From an uncultured Candidatus Peribacteria bacterium (GTDB taxonomy: Bacteria > Patescibacteriota > Gracilibacteria > UBA1369): a stretch of 37,603 nt of DNA. The notes beneath the pieces were generated by a model. It was not told where the DNA came from. It searched no databases and saw only the letters and a list, made by a program, of their open reading frames with translations. Below are positions 8,595 through 16,167 of this stretch, in pieces. The stretch lies in the NCBI GenBank assembly GCA_964360095.1, contig CAYHVY010000001.1:1-37603 (forward strand), given 5' to 3'. The position numbers were made by a program, and so were the translations under genes. Every line of letters begins with the position of its first letter. Position 1 is the stretch's first letter.

Positions 8595-8623
8595 TAGAAA
8601 AAATCGTCAAAAAAGGGTATAAT
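8595..8623 (+). promoter_or_regulatory. Promoter-like box TAGAAAAAATCGTCAAAAAAGGGTATAAT upstream of the Fic operon
   Basis: A perfect TATAAT lies at 8618-8623, 26 nt before the ATG at 8650. The box matches the one at 14651-14679 at 25 of 29 positions. Confidence 0.5.
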
Positions 8624-8649
8624 CGTGAGATTATTAAATCCTTTTCTCT

Positions 8650-8979
8650 ATGCCATTGTCCTCGGATTTTCTGGCCCAATTCAAGTCTGAAGTTCAAAAA
8701 AGCCTGCTTCTGGAAGAAGCGGATAAACAATATTGGCTTGAGAATGCGGAAAAACTGCCGGTGAGTCTTATAAAAGCTTTTTTTGAAGAACTTAAGAAGA
8801 AAAATAATGTAATGAATAGCTATATCCAAGCTGCCGTTGACGCCGATCCATCATTGATTAGTGAGCTTAAAAATCAGCTTCGTTCTATACAAAGCCACAT
8901 CCTGAAATTAAAGGAAAAAAGTGAATCTTCTGGCGAAAAAATTGAAGAAACTCTCGAATCACAATTAAAACAAATATAA
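8650..8979 (+). CDS. Hypothetical small helical/coiled-coil protein, first gene of the Fic operon
   Basis: The 109-aa ORF is charged and helical in character and lies 22 nt upstream of the giant Fic gene. I recognise no motif in it. Confidence 0.5.
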   Translation: MPLSSDFLAQFKSEVQKSLLLEEADKQYWLENAEKLPVSLIKAFFEELKKKNNVMNSYIQAAVDADPSLISELKNQLRSIQSHILKLKEKSESSGEKIEETLESQLKQI

Positions 8980-9001
8980 ATTTAAAAATAAAAACACAAT
9001 C

Positions 9002-12000
9002 ATGGGAGAGTTTGATCTACAGAAAGCCGATATTATAACAGTAGAAAAACAAGCTGGCGAAAAGAAGCACGAATCTTTGCAGCAAAAATTACAGACAAAT
9101 CGTGATCTTTTCACGAGCCATACAGATAAAGTGGAAAATGCTCTTGCTGATGCTCTAAAAAGTTTGACGAGTCAGGAAGCCAAAGACGCTTTAAAAGCTG
9201 ATCAAACAAAGATTCGTGATTTTTTAAAAAGTGTTGCCGATAAAGGGCGTTCAATTTTGAGCGGCAAGGAAGGGGCAGAATCGGTTGATCAAATGATTGA
9301 AGGTCTGCGGAGTGCCATTAAAGATGCCAAAAATAATATAGATTTTTATACAATACTGGATAAATCAAGAGAGCTGGCCAAGGCATCCATACCGGGAATC
9401 AAACTCGTCTACGATCTTCAGGCAAAAGGCGGGTCCGACATTGATAAAAAAATGGATAAAGCCACCGACCAGGCACTGGGTGATCTTCAAGTCGCGCGCA
9501 ACATGTTTGACGCATACAAAGACAAGGCTCTTCCGCAGACCCTGAAAACCATCTACGATGCTGAACTCAAAAAAATTGATGATCAGATAGCAAAAATCCT
9601 GCAAATAAGAGAGGCATATACAGACATTGCGGGAAAAGAAAAAAAACTGGCGGAAATTGAGCAATATTTCAATAATGACAATCTTACGAAAAATTCCAAT
9701 CTTGCAAGAGGGCAATTCGATGATATCGTAAAAAGCAAGAATCTTGCGCCGGAAAGGCTTACTGTCAAGCTAAAATCAATGGGGGAGCAGGCCGATAAAG
9801 CCTTGACTGACCTATGCAAGATCAAAAAAGAGGCCGTTGGCGTTAGTCGCGATGCGCTACTTCCAGATCAACAAAAAAAATATGACGAAATTGTAAAAAA
9901 ACTGGGCGAGCAATTGCAGGAAATGACGGGTTTAAAGGTATATGCCAAAAACCAGGAATTGATTGATCGTGTAAATAAAACTGAAGGCGGCAAATATCTC
10001 CAAATGGAAAGTAAAGTGATCAACGGGCAATTCGTGACTGCGGTTACATTTACAGAAGAATTCCAAAAGTTGCCGGAATTAAAGCAGCAGGAAATCAAAA
10101 TGGCTTTGCAAGGCGTATCTTTTGAAGTCGCCCTTGATGTTGCCAAAAAAACAGGCCTTCCGGAAGATAAATCCTGGCTTGAGGGTCAACAAAAATTGGA
10201 TAAAGGCGATCGCGCAGGCGCAAAAGCGTTGTTTCTTGATTACGTTGCAAAGTTTAAAAATAATCCAGAAAAAAGGCTTCAAGTCGAAAATGCAAAAGGA
10301 ATGTTGCGCGCGATTCTAAGAGAAGATTTAAACCAGGTAAAAGAACATTTTAGCCTGATAAAACAAACGATTGAAGGGCGAGGCGGCGGAGTAACGGGTA
10401 AATTTGACGAACTGCGCAGCGTTCACGACAAACATGGCAGACTTGATGCTGTTAATGGCTTTATAAAGCAAGCGGAAGGATTGATTGCGAGCGGAGAAGC
10501 GCTAACAATTGACGAGATTTACAAAAAACTGCCGAAACTCAAGGACAGTATTGATTTGAAGAGTGACGGAATTTCTATGTTGGATCCCTTTGAACAGCAG
10601 CAACTTTTGAATGAGGCCGATCCCGCAAAACGGCGTCAAAATATTTTAAAACTTGCAAGGGCAGCTAAGGCTGTGGAGTTGACAGCTTTATCTGCAAAAT
10701 ATTATGAAATGTATTTTGCGGATCGCATTGACGGTGCAAAAAAAAGCATCAGCCGCGAGAAGATAAAAGCGGATATTGATCAGGAAGAACTTACAAGCAG
10801 TGAATTTAGAGCGGAAATAAAAGCTCAAATCAAATCATTTCACGACAGCGCAAGACAAAAATTCATGGATGAATATTACAAAGAGCATCCTGGGGCGAAA
10901 AATCCGGCTCTTTCTAAGGACGATCCAGAGGTTAAAGCAATGAAAGCGGCTGAGGAAGCATGGGATAAAAGCTACGACGCGCAAAAGGGAAATGTTTATC
11001 AACAAGCTAAAGATGTGTTGATTGACATTCGATATGACAAGGCTGCAAAAATAGCTATCCATAAAGGAGTTGAAGCTATCACAAGGAGTGGGAGCGGCAT
11101 GACGGCGACAGAAGACGAAAAGATATGGAAAGAAGCCTATGGAAACATAAAAGGAAATGTGGAAAACATAACGGGCGAACACCTGGTTTTTACGCAGGAT
11201 GATTTTTATGAATTGCAAAGCAAAATGGCGGGTTCAATTTTAACAATGGAAATTGCCACACTGGCCGCGATGACAGTGGCAACAGGAGCTTCAGCGGCAA
11301 TCGCAGGTGGAGCATTAACTTCAGCCGGCGGAGGAACTGCCGGATTTTTAATTGAGGGATTGGTAATGCACAGCACAACCGCTTATCTAAATGAAGGCAA
11401 AATTGACCTTTCTTCACCGGAATTTTTACGGGGATTGGCGTCAACTTATGCGACTTTGGGGATTATGAAGGCGACAGGGCTTGGAGGCAACGTTAAACTC
11501 GGGGGCAAAGCGCCATCTGCGGTTGCGGAAAAAACAGCTTCTAGCGCAATTGCTACCGTAGCAAAAGGCGGCGCTGAATTTTTGGGAAAAGTAACCCTGG
11601 ATTCAACTTTAATGACAGGATTAAGTACTCTCGAACGCGGAATAGTAGACAAAAAATGGGCATCCTTTGATGAAATGGCCGGCGAATTCGGCAATAACGC
11701 CATCACATTCCTCGTCATCGGAGGATTGCATAAGGTAGCGGAGGAGAGGGCCCCAACAAAAAAAGGAATAGCTGATACAAAAGCGCCAACGGAACATGCC
11801 AGCAGGGCGTACAGGGAGGGTACGGTAGTGGCTGAACTTTCCATGGCAGATCGAAAAAATATTGATCATAATCCCAAAAATCAGCCGCATGATACAGAAC
11901 TTGAGGCAATTATAAAAGATAAGAATGAAGTCGAATCAGATTATAATAATATGAAAAAAAGACTTAGAAGTTTGCGGGATCAGGCTAATCTCGATCTAAT

Positions 12001-13171
12001 GACGAAGAAAGATAATCATGAATTAACTCAACAAATTGACGCACTTATAGGTAAGATCCAAAAATATAGCGATTCACTTAGATTAGAACGTGCAATTGAA
12101 AGGGAAGCAAGAGAAGATTTTGCTCAAAAACATATAGATGCAGCGGCAAACTTACATCCTGATATTTTTAGGCCAATTCTGTTTGAATTGATGATGAAAA
12201 ATCCTGTTGATTACGAACGGGTTATCTATCTTTCTAAACAAAGTGTCAAACTTGAAGCATCCGGATTGCATCAAGCTGCTAGAGATCTTAAGAATCTAAC
12301 TGGAGATTTTGCCACTGTAGATGGCAGTCCTTTAAAAACTGCGGAACAACGAGCTGCCTTTCTTGAAAAAATGTTGACGCTTTCGCCTCTTGAACATGAA
12401 TGGTATACAACAAGACCTGAAACAACTATTGACACTTCTTACTCTCGTTACGAGGAAAATTTCAATACACTTAAGGAGTTTAGTGCAAAATTTCTGAGCG
12501 AAAAGGTACTTCCTGGTTTAATCGCCAAAAACTTACCAATAAGTGAACTCATCTTGGAAATTCATCGGTGGCAAACACGCGGTTCACAAGCGCAATTGGA
12601 AATTTTAGGATCACCTGCCGAAGGATATGATATTTCTGGAAAAGTCCGCGATGTGCAGGTTTCTGTTGGAAATTACATAGCGCCTATCCCTGGTAAGGTT
12701 CCTGCACTGCTTGGAAAAATGTCAACAAGTATGCAAAACCTGGAAGTTCAGCTTACAAGTTTGAAAAAAACGAACCCAGCAGCTTATGAAAAAGCTGTGG
12801 TTAAAACGGCTTTGTATGCACTGCAAACTTTTGTTGACATTCATCCGATGCGAGATGGAAATGGGCGCACGAGCCGTACTTTATATGAATATTATATTGT
12901 CAAATTTTTAGGACCGACGAGTAAATATCGTAGACTTCCCATGACACAGCGTGATAACGGTGAACCTACTCTGCATGATGAATTACATCAAATGAACGGC
13001 AAACTGCAAAAGACTTTATATGAAAATAAGCCATATGGCAGGTTAGAAGGTCTATACGGGGATCAGCTTTCGAAAAAAATCGATGCAATTAGCCTCGCTG
13101 AACTTAATGCTGATCCGTTATACAAAGAATTCTTTGCAAAGTACAATACATTAATGGCATCATCTCCTTAA
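9002..13171 (+). CDS. Giant (1389 aa) Fic-domain protein: long helical N-terminal region, central Gly/Ala-rich hydrophobic region, C-terminal class II Fic (AMPylase-type) domain
   Basis: The Fic motif HPMRDGNGRTSR starts at nt 12842 (His1281). The inhibitory-helix motif SRYEEN, of form (S/T)xxxE(G/N), starts at nt 12443, which is 133 residues upstream of the His. The ORF is uninterrupted over 4.2 kb. Confidence 0.85.
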   Translation: MGEFDLQKADIITVEKQAGEKKHESLQQKLQTNRDLFTSHTDKVENALADALKSLTSQEAKDALKADQTKIRDFLKSVADKGRSILSGKEGAESVDQMIEGLRSAIKDAKNNIDFYTILDKSRELAKASIPGIKLVYDLQAKGGSDIDKKMDKATDQALGDLQVARNMFDAYKDKALPQTLKTIYDAELKKIDDQIAKILQIREAYTDIAGKEKKLAEIEQYFNNDNLTKNSNLARGQFDDIVKSKNLAPERLTVKLKSMGEQADKALTDLCKIKKEAVGVSRDALLPDQQKKYDEIVKKLGEQLQEMTGLKVYAKNQELIDRVNKTEGGKYLQMESKVINGQFVTAVTFTEEFQKLPELKQQEIKMALQGVSFEVALDVAKKTGLPEDKSWLEGQQKLDKGDRAGAKALFLDYVAKFKNNPEKRLQVENAKGMLRAILREDLNQVKEHFSLIKQTIEGRGGGVTGKFDELRSVHDKHGRLDAVNGFIKQAEGLIASGEALTIDEIYKKLPKLKDSIDLKSDGISMLDPFEQQQLLNEADPAKRRQNILKLARAAKAVELTALSAKYYEMYFADRIDGAKKSISREKIKADIDQEELTSSEFRAEIKAQIKSFHDSARQKFMDEYYKEHPGAKNPALSKDDPEVKAMKAAEEAWDKSYDAQKGNVYQQAKDVLIDIRYDKAAKIAIHKGVEAITRSGSGMTATEDEKIWKEAYGNIKGNVENITGEHLVFTQDDFYELQSKMAGSILTMEIATLAAMTVATGASAAIAGGALTSAGGGTAGFLIEGLVMHSTTAYLNEGKIDLSSPEFLRGLASTYATLGIMKATGLGGNVKLGGKAPSAVAEKTASSAIATVAKGGAEFLGKVTLDSTLMTGLSTLERGIVDKKWASFDEMAGEFGNNAITFLVIGGLHKVAEERAPTKKGIADTKAPTEHASRAYREGTVVAELSMADRKNIDHNPKNQPHDTELEAIIKDKNEVESDYNNMKKRLRSLRDQANLDLMTKKDNHELTQQIDALIGKIQKYSDSLRLERAIEREAREDFAQKHIDAAANLHPDIFRPILFELMMKNPVDYERVIYLSKQSVKLEASGLHQAARDLKNLTGDFATVDGSPLKTAEQRAAFLEKMLTLSPLEHEWYTTRPETTIDTSYSRYEENFNTLKEFSAKFLSEKVLPGLIAKNLPISELILEIHRWQTRGSQAQLEILGSPAEGYDISGKVRDVQVSVGNYIAPIPGKVPALLGKMSTSMQNLEVQLTSLKKTNPAAYEKAVVKTALYALQTFVDIHPMRDGNGRTSRTLYEYYIVKFLGPTSKYRRLPMTQRDNGEPTLHDELHQMNGKLQKTLYENKPYGRLEGLYGDQLSKKIDAISLAELNADPLYKEFFAKYNTLMASSP

Positions 13172-13184
13172 CCATCATACATTT

Positions 13185-14057
13185 ATGCTAGAAGAACATA
13201 TGAAAATTTACGATTCCAATGGCCAAGAAATTGCCGATATTGCCAAGGATAATGATGTAGTCCGACTTGTTATGCTATCGACAACAGGCACACATGAGCG
13301 AGTTCACGAAATTTTTTATGGCGTTGGAGATACTCAAGATCCTCAATTTGAAGCTAGGCTAAGAAATGCTTATGAAAGTAATGGATTCCGTTTTGAAAGT
13401 GCCAAGGATATTGAACAAAAGACTGCTAGAAATGTTTATTTTATCCACGAAAGCAATCTTATTGAAAATATAGTGGAAATTGATGAAAAACTTATTGGAG
13501 AGCGTTATAAAAAACGAACTCAACTGGGTTGTGTCGGCGCTTGGCTTCTCGGAGAAGATAGAGTAAAAGATAAACAACCGCTTTCTGGTAAAGATGTTAT
13601 AAGCATGCAACGTATGCTTACTGATGAACAAGCTATCTATGGACATTTTCTTGAAAATAAATACCGTGGTATCATACGCGGAGAAAACGATTTGGTGAGC
13701 ATTGGAGGACGCACTGTTATTCCGCCACGTCCCGAAGACTATGAAAGCTTTTTTACACGATTTAACGGTGGATTGCAGCAATTAAATCCAAGGAGCATTA
13801 GAGAGATCCTATGTTATCTTGCAAAAACCCATGTTGAATATGAAAGCATGCACCCTTTTGCTGATGGTAATGGCCGTACCGGAAGAAATATCGTCAATTA
13901 TGGCTTAAGCTACTTTAGTCTTCCAGTACTTGTCTTTACTAACCAGGATAAAGGAAAGTATTATGCAGGATTTATTGAAACAACTCAAGACATTTCAGTA
14001 ATGGAAGCATATTTTATAGAAAAATATCGTGAGCAAAATCCAGGATTGTTCCAATAA
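13185..14057 (+). CDS. Stand-alone class II Fic-domain protein, paralogous to the C-terminus of the upstream giant protein
   Basis: The canonical motif HPFADGNGRTGR begins at His223 (nt 13851). The inhibitory motif SNLIEN at residues 90-95 is also exactly 133 residues upstream of the His. The gene lies 13 nt after the giant gene. Confidence 0.85.
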   Translation: MLEEHMKIYDSNGQEIADIAKDNDVVRLVMLSTTGTHERVHEIFYGVGDTQDPQFEARLRNAYESNGFRFESAKDIEQKTARNVYFIHESNLIENIVEIDEKLIGERYKKRTQLGCVGAWLLGEDRVKDKQPLSGKDVISMQRMLTDEQAIYGHFLENKYRGIIRGENDLVSIGGRTVIPPRPEDYESFFTRFNGGLQQLNPRSIREILCYLAKTHVEYESMHPFADGNGRTGRNIVNYGLSYFSLPVLVFTNQDKGKYYAGFIETTQDISVMEAYFIEKYREQNPGLFQ

Positions 14058-14152
14058 TTTCCAAAGGAATATCCACTTCATACATCCAATCTCAAATTCC
14101 CCCAAAATCTTTTATAAATTTTGTGTGTAAATTTTTATAATTCCGCTTAAAG

Positions 14153-14176
14153 TCGCTGGTTTTTAAGAACCAGCGA
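14153..14176. terminator. Stem-loop between the convergent fic and dinJ-like genes (possible bidirectional terminator)
   Basis: TCGCTGGTT-tttaag-AACCAGCGA forms a 9-bp stem. There is no clear U-tract on either strand, hence the low confidence. Confidence 0.35.
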
Positions 14177-14235
14177 GGCCAAAATCTCTCTTAAAAATCT
14201 CAAAAAATTGTCTGGACAAAGAGAACCACTATAGA

Positions 14236-14523
14236 TCATTTTTTAGACTTAAGATTATCCAAATGTTTTTTTGCCTGACTCCAATTTTTAACGCTTTTTA
14301 TTTTTTCACCAAGGCCGGCTTCTTGAGATGCCTTCAAAATCTCCTTTTCCTCCTGAATGGTAAAACCATTATCAGTAAGCAGTTGAAATGGAATCCCCTG
14401 ATGAATAATAATTTGTTTAAAATAAATTTTAACTGCAGAACTTATATCAATTCCAATTTCATCAAGAACTTTCTTGGTAGATTTCTTGATTATGGGATCG
14501 ATACGGACTTGAATTGTGGACAT
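14236..14523 (-). CDS. RelB/DinJ-family antitoxin-like protein with no cognate toxin gene nearby
   Basis: MSTIQVRIDPIIKKSTKKVLDEIGIDISSAVKIYFKQIIIHQGIPF matches the DinJ ribbon-helix-helix N-terminus. The internal ATG at 14523 is preferred over the track start at 14643. Confidence 0.65.
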   Translation of the reverse strand: MSTIQVRIDPIIKKSTKKVLDEIGIDISSAVKIYFKQIIIHQGIPFQLLTDNGFTIQEEKEILKASQEAGLGEKIKSVKNWSQAKKHLDNLKSKK

Positions 14524-14650
14524 AGCAAATGATAAAAAATAAATACCTAGACACATACATACTACATCAAGCGTAGTGATATTGTAAATACTATGTAGCG
14601 ACAAAATTTGATCAAACTGAGTAATAAAATTTTCCCTTGTCAACGTACGT

Positions 14651-14679
14651 TAGAAAAAATGTTCAAAAAATAGTATAAT
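14651..14679 (+). promoter_or_regulatory. Promoter-like box TAGAAAAAATGTTCAAAAAATAGTATAAT upstream of the metallophosphoesterase gene
   Basis: A perfect TATAAT lies at 14674-14679, 23 nt before the ATG at 14703. The box matches the one at 8595-8623 at 25 of 29 positions. Confidence 0.5.
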
Positions 14680-14702
14680 GGCAGGAACATAACATTTTTC
14701 AT

Positions 14703-15902
14703 ATGCCTGTCCCCGATTCTACCAAAGAGCCTGAAACAATAACGTTAAGGTCACCCGTGCCAAAAAAAGTCGAGGATGCAACTCCGCCTCAACAGGAAGT
14801 CCCGACGGCGGCAGTTAGTGAAGTAAAAACCGCAGTGGCCCTGGCAACGACCAGATTCAGCCATCAAAGGAATATCACCCTGCGTGAACCGGCAGAGGTG
14901 CCAAGAAGTAGCGATGTGGTGGTGATTGGTGATCTGCACGGCAATTACGCAATAGCCCGTGACAGCCTTGCAGCCTTAAGGGTTATTCCGGCAAGCGACC
15001 GTGTGACATGGACCGGAGGTAATACCAGACTGATTTTTCTGGGAGACATTATCGCCGACAAGCATAAAAATGGTTTGGAAATTTTTTTGGCAATAAGGCA
15101 ACTTCAGGATGAGGCCGTAAAATGTGGTGGAAGTGTCACTTTGGTCGCGGGCAATCACGAAAATGCCGCAATTACTTTCTTGGCTGATAGGAAATCGCTA
15201 CATGGCAGAAATTTTTTTACAAAATATGCACACAGTCAACAGTTCATAGGGATTGTCGAATTTATGAGATTCGTGCCGGGCATAACACCGGAGTTACAGA
15301 AATGGTTACAGGGAGCACAATCGGTGAGTGAACTTGCAGGCAGAATATTACAGGCTGGTATTGATCTGGAAACAATTCAGCGAAAGATACTTGGGAACAT
15401 GAGGAAAGACGAAACCGGACTGCAAATATTGGAACAGATGGCTGAAATGCGGCTTGTAGAACAGATAGATGACACGCTTTTTCTGCACACGGAGCTTACG
15501 GATGACATTTTAAAAATGCTTGAAGATAAAGGCAATACTGTTGGGGAAAGCGTTGACAGCATAAATGCCGTATATCAAGAGGGTTTAAGGCATTTACTGC
15601 TTGGCGAAGGTACGATGCCGGAAGACTGGGATAGTATCAACAGGACATTTACAAAATCAGACAACAGATATTTTAAACCTCGGCCGAACCAGCTAGCGTG
15701 GCTCAAAAACAATGGTGTCAATTACGTCGTTCATGGGCACACAAAGTTGGAAGTCGGTCAACATGTTACAAAAACCGGGGATGGAGTCACCATTATTGGT
15801 ATCGACCACCATGCCGGTATAACAGGTCACGGCCGCGCACCCGGGGAAGACCTGTCCATTTTGACAATCTATAAAGAAGACGGCCATTTCAGTGATGTGT
15901 AG
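14703..15902 (+). CDS. PPP-family (calcineurin-like) metallophosphoesterase / Ser-Thr phosphatase-like protein with a Pro-rich N-terminal segment
   Basis: Motifs are VVVIGDLHGN (GDxHG), FLGDIIADKHKNG (a variant of GDxxDRG), VAGNHEN (GNHE) and VVHGHT. Confidence 0.8.
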   Translation: MPVPDSTKEPETITLRSPVPKKVEDATPPQQEVPTAAVSEVKTAVALATTRFSHQRNITLREPAEVPRSSDVVVIGDLHGNYAIARDSLAALRVIPASDRVTWTGGNTRLIFLGDIIADKHKNGLEIFLAIRQLQDEAVKCGGSVTLVAGNHENAAITFLADRKSLHGRNFFTKYAHSQQFIGIVEFMRFVPGITPELQKWLQGAQSVSELAGRILQAGIDLETIQRKILGNMRKDETGLQILEQMAEMRLVEQIDDTLFLHTELTDDILKMLEDKGNTVGESVDSINAVYQEGLRHLLLGEGTMPEDWDSINRTFTKSDNRYFKPRPNQLAWLKNNGVNYVVHGHTKLEVGQHVTKTGDGVTIIGIDHHAGITGHGRAPGEDLSILTIYKEDGHFSDV

Positions 15903-16167
15903 ACGGGGCTTTACCTCAAAAACTTTTCCATGGTAGCAACGCTCCTATGCACACGACGCATATTCATAAAAAGATTGAACAAAGCCATGATATGTTCTTC
16001 GCGCAGGGACATGTCGCAACCTGGCTCTATACTATCGTCATAAGGCTGTTTTCCTGATTGGTATGGGTCAAAATACATACTGTGATTATTGATGGGATGA
16101 TGATCTTATGCTATTTATATAAATTTGTCAACTTTACAATTCTATCAGCATTCGCCATCTTCCAAGC

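Noticed and set aside
13088-13100. A 13-nt exact match (ATTAGCCTCGCTG) inside the giant fic gene to the core of the 58-nt GC-rich repeat.
   Set aside because: The flanks do not align, and the match is read on the opposite coding strand from the other copies. It may be a relic or chance, and I cannot decide without a genome-wide model.
14140-14239. A 32-codon ORF overlapping the dinJ-like stop (ATGA) might be a remnant of the missing toxin.
   Set aside because: The translation (MIYSGSLCPDNFLRFLREILASLVLKNQRL) has no RelE/YafQ/ParE features and is far too short. It also runs through the stem-loop.
15911-16078. A 55-aa minus-strand ORF (MYFDPYQSGKQPYDDSIEPGCDMSLREEHIMALFNLFMNMRRVHRSVATMEKFLR) lies in the gap between the phosphatase gene and priA.
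   Set aside because: It has no recognisable motif, no clear ribosome-binding or promoter signal, and falls below the ORF-track threshold. It cannot be supported as a gene from the sequence alone.
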